Both the position numbers and the translations under genes were made by a program. Positions 15,827 through 24,980 of a stretch of 64,000 bases of DNA are shown piece by piece (the first letter of the stretch is position 1; each line of letters opens with the position of its first letter). Where the stretch lies: the NCBI GenBank assembly GCA_050014495.1, contig JBEKDF010000009.1:14229-78228 (forward strand), written 5' to 3'. This DNA comes from Candidatus Bathyarchaeia archaeon. GTDB lineage: Archaea > Thermoproteota > Bathyarchaeia > TCS64. The notes under the pieces are model-generated. The model ran no database searches. It was not told where the DNA came from and saw nothing but the letters and a program-made list of their open reading frames with translations.

Positions 15827-16624
15827 TTATACTACGCTTTCCTCCGAGAGGGCCTCAGCGAAGATCTCACCGAAATTTGTAAGGCTGATGACCTTCATTT
15901 TGCTCCCCTTCTCAGCATCTATAAGCCCCTTCATCTCGAGCTTAGTCACTATGCGACTGAACTTGTTACGGAGTGTACTTGATGCTGCTTTATTACCAAA
16001 CCAACGAATTATATCGCTGATGGATTCCGCCTCGCCACCATTCTCACGTAATAAAATAAGGAGTTTTTTCTCCCTCTCCCACTCCTTCTCCTCGTGCTTT
16101 GTATTAGGCTCGAGGCGATAGCCGGGAAGCTGTATCTCCTTGGGTTCCTTGCTGCTTTGATTGCGGGCGTTCTCGAACCACTTCTCAAATTGGGGATCTC
16201 CGACCTTACCAGTGACGTACCAAGCAGATTTCTCTGGTGGAACACTATAAACTCGGGCGTTTCTGAACATTAAAGCAACGGTAAGTGCGACCCCCTGCGA
16301 AATATCGGTTGTACTTGTGACATCGATGAGAACCTCCTCACCACTGGCCCTCGCCTTGCTAACGACGCCGTAGATCGCCTTGAATGCACTCCTATGATCC
16401 ATGGGATCAAAGCCCAGCATCTCGGGATCGAGAATTTCGAGTTTATCGCGGAGCTCCTCAGCGTTTTTCTGGCTCATATAGCTAAAGACTGCGGTCTCGT
16501 CGGTGGCCTTAGCGTTACTGTATAGAAGATATAGCTTGGTTATGCCGTGGTGTTTGCTCCAATAACGGATACCATCGAAGGGTCGGCGGAAGTGTGTGCC
16601 CACTAGACAGACTATGATTGTCAT
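15827..16624 (-). CDS. putative regulator: Csa3/CARF-like Rossmann sensor domain plus C-terminal wHTH
   Basis: Start moved to MTIIVCLVG, because the track N-terminal extension is AT-rich promoter DNA. Beta1 IIVCLVG and LIDVTSTTDISQGVALTVALMFRNARVYSV resemble the Csa3 CARF core. The C-terminus LRNKFSRIVTKLEMKGLIDAEKGSKMKVISLT is wHTH-like. Confidence 0.35.
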   Translation of the reverse strand: MTIIVCLVGTHFRRPFDGIRYWSKHHGITKLYLLYSNAKATDETAVFSYMSQKNAEELRDKLEILDPEMLGFDPMDHRSAFKAIYGVVSKARASGEEVLIDVTSTTDISQGVALTVALMFRNARVYSVPPEKSAWYVTGKVGDPQFEKWFENARNQSSKEPKEIQLPGYRLEPNTKHEEKEWEREKKLLILLRENGGEAESISDIIRWFGNKAASSTLRNKFSRIVTKLEMKGLIDAEKGSKMKVISLTNFGEIFAEALSEESVV

Positions 16625-16728
16625 ATTACACCCGGCTTTCTTTGAATCTTTTACGGAATGTAACCTTGTATGATTCAATATATAAACTATTGTAGATATT
16701 TGGTAAAATATATATATTATTATATATA

Positions 16729-16776
16729 TTTGGGACAATCCTATATTATAAAGGATAAAAGCGAATTGTCCCCAAA
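16729..16776. promoter_or_regulatory. imperfect inverted repeat in the divergent regulator/grx-nrdD promoter region
   Basis: TTTGGGACAAT (16729-16739) and ATTGTCCCCAAA (16765-16776) are reverse complements apart from one extra C. (TA)n TATA-like tracts lie immediately upstream. Confidence 0.35.
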
Positions 16777-16866
16777 TTCGTTATTCGGAGTATTATGAAT
16801 TAAACGATTACGTTCTTATAGCCCACGAGTCTTGCATGCTACTATCTAGCTTAGCGATCTCCATCG

Positions 16867-17151
16867 GTGATGTTTGGAATGAGTGCATCGAACTCCGTCG
16901 CGAGGGTTTTCTCCCTTCCTAATTGCAAAAAATGTGAGCAGTTAAAGGAGTGGATGAAGGAGTGTCATGTGCCCTTCGAAGCGAAGTGGTTTGACACGGA
17001 GGCACAGACAGAGTTTGTAATGAGAAACATGTTCGGGAACCCACCTATACTCGAGGTGGGGAAGCGATGTGTGTCGTCGGAGGAGATGTTTCCCGGCGGG
17101 GTGCTAAGCGAGGGCATAGTGAGGGATTTGCTGAATGTTAAAGAGGGGTAG
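16867..17151 (+). CDS. glutaredoxin/NrdH-like thioredoxin-fold protein
   Basis: VFSLPNCKKCEQLKEWM has a CxxC at the beta1-alpha1 position. It sits immediately upstream of nrdD and overlaps it. Confidence 0.6.
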   Translation: MMFGMSASNSVARVFSLPNCKKCEQLKEWMKECHVPFEAKWFDTEAQTEFVMRNMFGNPPILEVGKRCVSSEEMFPGGVLSEGIVRDLLNVKEG

Positions 17152-19396
17152 GGATCTTCCCGAGGGGCAGACGTTCATAGACCAGTTCTACAAGTCGGAG
17201 CGCCTCTACAAGGGAATGCCAATGGTGCGCACCACCGACGGTTACCTTGTAGAGTGGAACAAGGCGAGAATAGTGGAACAGCTCGTGAGGGAAACTGAGC
17301 TCGCGGAAACGATGTTCGGGATAAAACCCATTAGCATTATGAGGGCTGAGAAGCTGAGTCAGGAGGTTGAGAAGCGTATTAGGCTCATTAAGCCTAAGGT
17401 CGTCTCGGGCCCTATGGTTAGGGAAATCACGAATAATGTCCTACTCGAGTGGAGCGAGTCCGAGAACGCGCCAGAGCTCCAAGTGTACAGGAATATACTG
17501 ACACGTGTCGGTGTCCCCGTTGTGGATGCATACGAGATCGATACTGGCTCTGGATTTGAGGCGAAGGAGAACGCTAACCTCCAGCCTAACCCGGAGACGG
17601 TGCATAAGAAGAAGGCGGACAGACTCTCTAAGGAGCAGTACCTGCTGCTAATGGACCCTACGCTGGCGACGGCTCACCACCAGGGTGACATCCATATACA
17701 TACACTGGAGTATTTTGGTTCCCGACCCTTCTGCCAGGACTGGGACCTCAGGTACTTCCTCTATTACGGTCTTATCCCTGATGGTAGTGGGTTCAGGAGC
17801 AGTGTGGCTGGTCCAGCAAAGCAACCTGAGGTGGCGATACTCCACAGCGTGAAGGTATTGGCCGCTGGGCAGACGAACTTTAGTGGCGGCCAGGGCTTCA
17901 TGTACTATACGATGTTCCTCGCGCCTTTCCTCAGGGGGCTACCCTACGAGAGGGTGAAGCAGCTCGCCCAGATGATGTTCTATGAGTTGACACAGACATA
18001 TGTGACGCGTGGAGGGCAGCTTGTATTCAGTAATATCCAGTTGCCGATGGGTGTGCCGAAGATCTGGCAGAATGTTCCCGTCGTAATGAAGGGACGCGTA
18101 GGTCCGGACACATACGGGAGCTACGAGGATGAGGTGCAGACCTTCTTCCGTGCTATCACGGAGGTGGCACTTGAGGGGGACTACTGGGGGAAACCCTTCA
18201 ACTTCCCGAAGAACGAGAACTATGTCTCACCCGAGTTCTTCAAGCCAGAGTACGATGACCTCTGGATGCTCGTCCACGAGTCTGTGAGCAAGTTTGGGGC
18301 ACCCTACTTCGACAACATGCTTCCAACATACCGTGGCTACGGTAACGGCATAAGCTGCTACCAATGCTGCGCTTACCAATTCGCGAACACGCCAGAGACT
18401 GACCCCAAGTTCAATGAGAAGCTATACTTTGAGGGTGGTCAGCATTTCAGCATGGGCGGATGGCAGGTCGTGAGCCTAAACATGCCTAGGCTGGCCTACC
18501 GCGCCAACGGTGACTACGATAAGCTTCTGGAAGCGGCGCAGGAGAACATGCGGATGGCCGTAGACGTCTTCAAGACGAAGCAGCACTGGATGAAAAAGTC
18601 CCTCGCCAATAATATGGTGCCATTCGCGACACAGACACCCAGAGATCCACACACGGGTGAGCTGGGGCCGCCAGCCGTTGACTTCTCCGAGCTCGTGAAT
18701 GTCATAGGCGTCGTGGGAGTCAACGAAATGGTTCAGCACTTCACGGGTAAGCAGCTCCATGAGGACCCGGACTCTGTGCGCCTCGCTATACGGCTCCTGC
18801 TCGACATGGAGAAGTATAGGAAGGGACTCGAGATGAGGAACGGGTTCAAGATAATGTTGGCGCGTACACCAGCTGAATCGACAGCACAAACCTTCGCTAT
18901 CAGTGACCTCGTCTCTCCCACCTACAAGAAGTACGCCATCAACACAGTTAAGGGAGACCTGGAAGGGGCAGCAGCGCTGGTGAAGGGAAAGAGAGACCTC
19001 CCAGTATACTACAGCAATGGTACACACACCTATGTAGGGGCGAAAATACCCCTGGGGACGAAGATCGACATCGAGCATAAATTCTTCCCAATATTAAGTG
19101 GCGGGAACATCTTCCACGCCTGGCTCGGCGAGGCGTGCAGCGATCCGGAGGCACTCTACAAGCTGACTCAGCGCATCTGCAGGAACAGCCAGATCGGATA
19201 CTTCAGCTACACAAAGGACTTGACGGTGTGTAGTAAGTGTGCTAGCACGTCGCCGGGAATGCTGAAGATGTGTCCATCATGTGGTTCCGAGAACGTGCGC
19301 TGGTGGAGTAGAATCACCGGCTACTACACGGATGTGACTGGGTGGAACGAGGGCAAGCGCCAGGAACTCATGGACCGCTACCGCGTCACCATCTAA
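17135..19396 (+). CDS. nrdD: anaerobic ribonucleoside-triphosphate reductase (class III)
   Basis: C-terminal zinc ribbon CSKC...CPSCGS followed by the glycyl-radical motif WWSRITGYYTDV. N-terminal ATP-cone-like MVRTTDGYLVEWNKARIVEQL. The start could instead be Met at 17216. Confidence 0.9.
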   Translation: MLKRGRDLPEGQTFIDQFYKSERLYKGMPMVRTTDGYLVEWNKARIVEQLVRETELAETMFGIKPISIMRAEKLSQEVEKRIRLIKPKVVSGPMVREITNNVLLEWSESENAPELQVYRNILTRVGVPVVDAYEIDTGSGFEAKENANLQPNPETVHKKKADRLSKEQYLLLMDPTLATAHHQGDIHIHTLEYFGSRPFCQDWDLRYFLYYGLIPDGSGFRSSVAGPAKQPEVAILHSVKVLAAGQTNFSGGQGFMYYTMFLAPFLRGLPYERVKQLAQMMFYELTQTYVTRGGQLVFSNIQLPMGVPKIWQNVPVVMKGRVGPDTYGSYEDEVQTFFRAITEVALEGDYWGKPFNFPKNENYVSPEFFKPEYDDLWMLVHESVSKFGAPYFDNMLPTYRGYGNGISCYQCCAYQFANTPETDPKFNEKLYFEGGQHFSMGGWQVVSLNMPRLAYRANGDYDKLLEAAQENMRMAVDVFKTKQHWMKKSLANNMVPFATQTPRDPHTGELGPPAVDFSELVNVIGVVGVNEMVQHFTGKQLHEDPDSVRLAIRLLLDMEKYRKGLEMRNGFKIMLARTPAESTAQTFAISDLVSPTYKKYAINTVKGDLEGAAALVKGKRDLPVYYSNGTHTYVGAKIPLGTKIDIEHKFFPILSGGNIFHAWLGEACSDPEALYKLTQRICRNSQIGYFSYTKDLTVCSKCASTSPGMLKMCPSCGSENVRWWSRITGYYTDVTGWNEGKRQELMDRYRVTI

Positions 19397-19440
19397 ATTT
19401 TTGAATAGTTTTATTTTTGCAATATCATACGCGCAAAAAA
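19397..19440 (+). terminator. oligo-T tracts plus hairpin downstream of nrdD
   Basis: AATTTTT and TTTTATTTTT runs. Hairpin TTTTTGC (19414-19420) / GCAAAAA (19433-19439). Confidence 0.4.
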
Positions 19441-19490
19441 GCAACCTATAATCCCCCAACTTTTATTCCCCAGAATCCAATCAGAACACC

Positions 19491-19697
19491 ATGAGTAAAA
19501 GAAGCAAACGCGAGGCAGAGATACTTCTAAGTCTCGTCAATGCACGATACGGAGACCGCGTCACAGCTGAGGAGCTGGAAGAGATCCAAAAGGGAATCGA
19601 CTCTATTCTCGATTCCTCTGAAGCTATGCATATCGTCAAGCTCGAGAACGGAGACGAGCCGTATCAATTCTTCAAGCCATACGGTGAAGAGAAATGA
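19491..19697 (+). CDS. small GatC-like protein coupled to the amidase
   Basis: 68 aa. VTAEELEEIQKGIDSILDSSEAMHIVKLENGDEPYQFFKPY resembles the GatC helical/extended pattern. ATGA overlap with the amidase start. Confidence 0.3.
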   Translation: MSKRSKREAEILLSLVNARYGDRVTAEELEEIQKGIDSILDSSEAMHIVKLENGDEPYQFFKPYGEEK

Positions 19698-21091
19698 AGA
19701 GCCCCATCTACACTCCCATTTCTGAACTCTCTAAACAGATTAAGAAAGGGAGGATCTCCCCTGTCGAACTTACTGAGACCTTCCTAAACCGCCTCGAGAC
19801 CATCGGCTCACGTCTCAACGCAGTGGTAACCCTAACACGGGGTCTCGCCCTCAAACAAGCGCGTAATGCCGAGAAGGAGATAGATGAGGGCATCCATCGT
19901 GGACCCTTACATGGTATTCCTTGGGGTGCCAAAGATCTCCTCTCCACGCAAGGCATACCTACCACTTGGGGTGCAGAGCCCTTCCGAACCAGAATAATCG
20001 ACACAGACGCAACAGTTGTTAAGAGGCTCCGAGACGCTGGTAGCATTCTATGCGCCAAGCTCGCTATGATAGAGTTTGCTGGAGGCATGGGTTACCGCCA
20101 ACCCAACGCTAGTCTAACAGGCCCTCCACGTAATCCTTGGAACATCGACACTTGGGCAGGTGGATCATCAAGTGGCTCAGGCGCTGCCGTCGCAGCGGGT
20201 CTTATTTCCTTCGCCATAGGCAGCGAGACTTGGGGCAGTATCCTCAGTCCAGCCAATAACTGTGGTGTCGCTGGTCTCCGCCCAACTTATGGACGTGTCA
20301 GCCGTCATGGGGCTATGGCTCTCTGCTGGACCCTTGATAAGATCGGCCCTATCGCCCAGACTGCCAACGATTGTGGAATAATCCTACAAGCCATCGCTGG
20401 ACCCGACTCGGAAGATTCCACCACGATTCAGAGGCAGTGGAAATACAACCCACGCCCATTAAAGCAGAGGCCTCATCTCGCTGTCCTCAGGGGGGTAGTC
20501 GATGACGCTAACCAGGATGTGAGGGATAATTTTGACAATGCCCTCAAGACCATACGAGGATTCGCAGATGTCGAGGAGATAGACCTCCCATACCTCCCGT
20601 ATGAGGCAATAACACGCACAATCCTCAACGCGGAAGCTGCGAGCTCCTTTGAAGACCTTGTCGACTCCGGTCTAACTCAGCGTTTAACCGCCCCCGAGGA
20701 CCATTGGGGACCCTACGCCAGATCCATCCTCCTTGCTACCGACTATATCCGGGCCATGCGCCTACGCGGAAAGATGGTTAGAACTGTGACTGAGGTGATG
20801 AAACCCTTCAACGCCCTTGTTGCTCCAAGCGCAAAGAAACCCGCCACACCTATTTGGGAGGAGTTCCGGAAGGTTGCTCCTGGTACTACCAAGGACGTGA
20901 TGGGCGCAATAGGCAATGGATGCGGCTTACCGGCCATCAGTGTCCCAGATGGCTTTACAAGCCTCGGCCTACCTACAGGCATCCAATTTATGGGCAATCC
21001 CTACGAAGAAAACACAATCCTCGCCATAGCACGAGCCTACCAAAGCATGACCAACTGGTATACCCGCCACCCACCTGACACTGAGCCCTGA
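19694..21091 (+). CDS. amidase-signature family enzyme (GatA-like)
   Basis: LHGIPWGAKD (catalytic Lys region) and GGSSSGSGAAVAAGL (the Ser-cisSer motif of AS enzymes). Confidence 0.85.
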   Translation: MKSPIYTPISELSKQIKKGRISPVELTETFLNRLETIGSRLNAVVTLTRGLALKQARNAEKEIDEGIHRGPLHGIPWGAKDLLSTQGIPTTWGAEPFRTRIIDTDATVVKRLRDAGSILCAKLAMIEFAGGMGYRQPNASLTGPPRNPWNIDTWAGGSSSGSGAAVAAGLISFAIGSETWGSILSPANNCGVAGLRPTYGRVSRHGAMALCWTLDKIGPIAQTANDCGIILQAIAGPDSEDSTTIQRQWKYNPRPLKQRPHLAVLRGVVDDANQDVRDNFDNALKTIRGFADVEEIDLPYLPYEAITRTILNAEAASSFEDLVDSGLTQRLTAPEDHWGPYARSILLATDYIRAMRLRGKMVRTVTEVMKPFNALVAPSAKKPATPIWEEFRKVAPGTTKDVMGAIGNGCGLPAISVPDGFTSLGLPTGIQFMGNPYEENTILAIARAYQSMTNWYTRHPPDTEP

Positions 21092-21299
21092 AACTGAACC
21101 CAAGAGTTTGCGAATTCAAATAATATGCTTCCCATAATTCGGGAATGAGCATCAAAAATAGTTATCTAATTCGAAGGCTTATCGGCTACTCGATCGAGGC
21201 TATTGCGGTTGGCATTTTAGTTGCAGTCTCTGCAGTAATGGTTATATTCAGTAGACACCAGGCCCACCTTTTTTACCACAGAGGCAGGAAACAAACACC

Positions 21300-21905
21300 A
21301 TGGCCACATCGGAGCTAACACTGAAATACTTTTTTTTCTATATAGCCTCCTTTGTAGTTATACTCCTTGGCTTCTACTTGGTCCCCTCCGGGTACATTGA
21401 GGCTCTGACTGCAGAGACATCGGCATTGGCACTAGCTTTGTTCGGACACGTTGTTAGTTGGGGGCAATTTGAAGGTCAAACAACCCTCACACTAATCGGA
21501 CAAAATGTTGTCACCGTCTCAATCGTGCGTGAGTGTACGGCATTGAACGTGCTCGGTGTTATGGTGGGGCTAATACTCCCCCTCAGGACGAGTTGGATCA
21601 AACGACTCTCTGGAGTCGCCCTTTCCGGTGTAGTCCTCTTTGTACTAAATATACCGAGAATAGCCCTTACCGTCTACCTCACCGCTTACGATACATGGCC
21701 TTTCACCCTGATTGCGGGACGAAGCCTTGAAACCTATCATTACCCAATAAGCTTCGCTTTTGGTGTAATTGGCGTCGCTTTGACTATCCTAATGGTTGTT
21801 AAATGGACTACGCCGGAGTTGGCTGAAACTCTGCTTGGAATTGTTGATAAAGTCCTTGGACTTGTTAAGTCGCTCATTGGCCTAGTTTCTCAAGACTCAA
21901 CTTGA
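21300..21905 (+). CDS. exosortase/archaeosortase-family membrane protein
   Basis: Polytopic 201-aa protein. It has the Cys/Arg/His pattern in the expected order: VRECTALNVLG, NIPRIALTVYL, ETYHYPISF. Confidence 0.5.
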   Translation: MATSELTLKYFFFYIASFVVILLGFYLVPSGYIEALTAETSALALALFGHVVSWGQFEGQTTLTLIGQNVVTVSIVRECTALNVLGVMVGLILPLRTSWIKRLSGVALSGVVLFVLNIPRIALTVYLTAYDTWPFTLIAGRSLETYHYPISFAFGVIGVALTILMVVKWTTPELAETLLGIVDKVLGLVKSLIGLVSQDST

Positions 21906-22167
21906 TCCAGGTCTTGCTTGTGCGCATCGCGCGTGCTCAATCGACCCTGGATCTTAGAATAATCAGTCGAGTCCCGAGTTCCCCATAGTGGACGAGACAG
22001 CCTCATTCAGCATGCTCATCCACGAGCCGACTATTGTGCCGTTCATAGATATTTTCTCCTTAACCCTGTTTAACATCGCTGACTCGATAGTAGGATTCGG
22101 AATATCCGATATTACACCTGTTAGTTAAATGAAATGATGAGAGATCCGTTTCGTGAAAAATAGGGTT

Positions 22168-22494
22168 TTACTCTTCTTCCTTCTTCTTCTTAACGGGCTT
22201 CTTTGCCTCGACTTCCTCATCCTTACGGATGCTTATGGCGATTGTGGAGACGTTCCTCTTCCCGCCGTCCTGCCCCTCGAGCTCCTCGGTTCCGATCTCT
22301 ATCTCCGGCTTGCTCAACCCCGCAATGAAGCGGTTTCTGCAGACCTCAGTTACGTCAACTGCCGTACTTATCGCCTGACCTCTCGCCTTGAGTACTACGC
22401 CGTCCGCTCCCTTCTGGTTGAAGGCTGTCAGAACCGCCATTACGTAGGTCATTACAGGTTTACTGCCGATGTAGATTATGCTGTCCTCTGTCAT
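22168..22494 (-). CDS. albA: Alba DNA/RNA-binding chromatin protein with charged C-terminal tail
   Basis: IYIGSKPVMTYVMAVLTAFNQKGADGVVLKARGQAISTAVDVTEVCRNRF...VSTIAISIRK is a near-textbook Alba sequence. An extra tail DEEVEAKKPVKKKKEEE follows. Confidence 0.9.
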   Translation of the reverse strand: MTEDSIIYIGSKPVMTYVMAVLTAFNQKGADGVVLKARGQAISTAVDVTEVCRNRFIAGLSKPEIEIGTEELEGQDGGKRNVSTIAISIRKDEEVEAKKPVKKKKEEE

Positions 22495-22563
22495 TCTGGA
22501 TCAAATAAACGATACCGCATTGCTTAAAAAAGTATAGACTCCCTGATTGGTGACTCATGAGGA

Positions 22564-23061
22564 TTAATCTATGCTGAGTAGCTGGTCGAGCAGAAGATGG
22601 TCGTGGGAAGCTGGACTCCTCCAACCCTCCTTATAATTAAAATCATACTCCCTTGTATAATCACGAACGAAGCATATCGTCGGATCGCCCTTCACACTAC
22701 CCCTCTTAAAATCCACCTCATAATCATTCATCAGGTCGCATACCTCCCACTGATCCCTAAACATCGAATCGGAGACAACAAGAGGGATCTTTGAGTAACC
22801 TGAGGCGTTCAGCACTCGCCTCCTCCTCTTACCATATTGATAAAGGTCTTCGCCACTCCTAATAGAGATGGGGTGATGCTCCCAAAACACCTTGCCCAGA
22901 GGGAAAAAGTCGAAATTATATCTCCCGATTTGGTATTCATGGTTCATCTCTTTTGGGGTTAAGCCCAGCCACTGCAGATACCTGAAACACTGGACCTCCT
23001 GATAGCTCACGAACCTTTCCCCCCAGATAACGTAACCAGTGTCGTCTCTGAGTATTTTCAT
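22564..23061 (-). CDS. hypothetical protein, possible PD-(D/E)xK (DUF559/Vsr-like) endonuclease fold
   Basis: SYQEVQCFRYLQWLGL...EYQIGRYNFDFFPLGKVFWEHHP resembles the E...D-F...E-x-H layout of DUF559-type proteins. Confidence 0.3.
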   Translation of the reverse strand: MKILRDDTGYVIWGERFVSYQEVQCFRYLQWLGLTPKEMNHEYQIGRYNFDFFPLGKVFWEHHPISIRSGEDLYQYGKRRRRVLNASGYSKIPLVVSDSMFRDQWEVCDLMNDYEVDFKRGSVKGDPTICFVRDYTREYDFNYKEGWRSPASHDHLLLDQLLSID

Positions 23062-23751
23062 ATGATCACCACCGAAAGTATTTCGGAGGCGCGAGGAGCG
23101 AGGAGAATAGTGTGTATGAAGAGGTACTGGGCGTTCTCGCTCAGCTTCAGGGTGGTATATCCTCCCGCCTTAAACAGATCTAGGGATCATTGGAGATAAC
23201 ATTTACCTATTCTCGGAAAGGCTGTTATTGTGAAAAAAACTAATAAAGAAATTCGGTGGCTTCGTAATAACTTTAAATGGAGTGTATAAACTGGATATTG
23301 TTTAGATATAAGGAGACGTTCTTGATTAGTATGTGTCAATTATAAGGGATAGAACTTAGGCACAGCATAATACTTGTCACAGGGGTGCATCATAAGTCTA
23401 AATACTTTACACGCAGATGTTAACTCTGCCCAAGCAACAGCGACCGGGGATCGAAAAGGCGTGAAGAATCCCGGAGCTGACTCGGAACGGTGGGCCTAAA
23501 GGCTCTAGGGGCTTAGGCTTCAAGAGACCTCACCGTGAAGAGGAGAAATGCTTGGGCACCTTATTTCTTCGAAAATCATCTCACTGAAAGTATCTACACT
23601 GTGTCGTCCTCAGCACTGACGTAAACATGACTTGCTTCTTCGCTAATTGACGAAAATCCATCCTTTACACATGTGATACGAAGACAATAAGAGAGTACAA
23701 GGTTATGCGTCACTAGTAATCGTTAAAGCCAGTATATCCACCCTTAGACCC

Positions 23752-24204
23752 ATGTCGATTGAAGCAAAGTTAAAGAAGCTAGGACTCGAGCTACCCTCCC
23801 CTCCCAACTACAAGGGTAACTACATCGGTGCTAAGTGGGCTAATAACATAGCATTCAGTTGCGGACAGGGTCCATTCGATAAGACGAAGAGAGGCATGGT
23901 GGGTAAGGAGCTCACTCTCGATGAGGGCTACAAGGCAGCCCAGGAGGTTGGCCTCAACTGCCTCTCACAATTAAAAAGGCAGCTCGGGAGCCTCGATAGG
24001 ATCAAGCAGATCCTCCAAGTTATTGGCTTTGTCAATAGCGCTGACGGATTTATGGATCAGCCAAAAGTTCTTAATGGCTTCACAGATCTTCTCGTGAATC
24101 TTTACGGTGATCCCGAGGGGAAGCCAGCGAGAGCAGCGATCCCACTCCATCACCCTGGGTGGGTTGCAGTCGAGGCGTGGATGGTTGTTGAGCTCAAGGA
24201 GTAG
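23752..24204 (+). CDS. ridA: RidA/YjgF/UK114 family protein
   Basis: 150 aa with a typical RidA-family layout (LELPSPPNYKGNYIGAKWANNIAFSCGQGP ... RAAIPLHHPGWVAVEAWMVVE). Confidence 0.75.
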   Translation: MSIEAKLKKLGLELPSPPNYKGNYIGAKWANNIAFSCGQGPFDKTKRGMVGKELTLDEGYKAAQEVGLNCLSQLKRQLGSLDRIKQILQVIGFVNSADGFMDQPKVLNGFTDLLVNLYGDPEGKPARAAIPLHHPGWVAVEAWMVVELKE

Positions 24205-24625
24205 ACTTTTTTTCCTCTTCTCTTATCCTTCCACTTAGATGGTTGAACCCTAACTCGGCATCGGCCAAGAGATTCTTCAACCTTTTTATGCGCCATCCAA
24301 TCCTTGCCTTAATGAAGGCATAAGCGTCGGGATAGTCACTTTTACGAGGGCAATCCTCTGACCCTGGGATACCTGCTAAATTCTGGGGGAGATCTACTGC
24401 AAAAATTTTCTCCAGTTCGTCCACGGGGTCGTGTGTCTCTCTGTAGATATCATTAAGTTTGTCCATACACACACGGCAGGACCCGATGTGTTCTAGTTGT
24501 CTGACCTCAGACTCGATGCTCACCATGAAGCCGATGTAATCTGCTTCCATATGAAGAAGCCATAGGGGTTCACACTCTTCGGAGAGGGCTGAGAACCTAA
24601 TACGCCGCATCGATTCACTAGCCAT
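24194..24625 (-). CDS. hypothetical protein
   Basis: 143-aa ORF with no recognisable motif. Confidence 0.4.
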   Translation of the reverse strand: MASESMRRIRFSALSEECEPLWLLHMEADYIGFMVSIESEVRQLEHIGSCRVCMDKLNDIYRETHDPVDELEKIFAVDLPQNLAGIPGSEDCPRKSDYPDAYAFIKARIGWRIKRLKNLLADAELGFNHLSGRIREEEKKSTP

Positions 24626-24692
24626 ACCCTAATCAGACTCGAGTTATCTTAAAATCGCTGCGAAAAGGATTAAATCGGGGAAAAGTCCTTAA

Positions 24693-24980
24693 ATGAGAAG
24701 TCTTCAGCAAGCCCTGATCCGAATGAGCCTCGAAGATGTCCTCAAGCTGATTGATGAGTCGAAGAAGTTCCTAGAGCCCTATAGGATTTATGGGCAGATG
24801 ATAATGGATGGAATCGCTCAGCTAGAAAGCCTCGAAAAACTAGTCAAGGAGGAGAAGATCCCAGAGGCATATGCGTTGAGTTGTTCGATGTGCGAGCAGA
24901 TCACCCAATATCGGTCTTTCGTTCCCCAATTAGCGGATAATATGGAGAGAGTTAGGGAGATTCTAAAAAGTAGTTGCTGA
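24693..24980 (+). CDS. hypothetical protein
   Basis: 95-aa helical ORF with no recognisable motif. Confidence 0.35.
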   Translation: MRSLQQALIRMSLEDVLKLIDESKKFLEPYRIYGQMIMDGIAQLESLEKLVKEEKIPEAYALSCSMCEQITQYRSFVPQLADNMERVREILKSSC

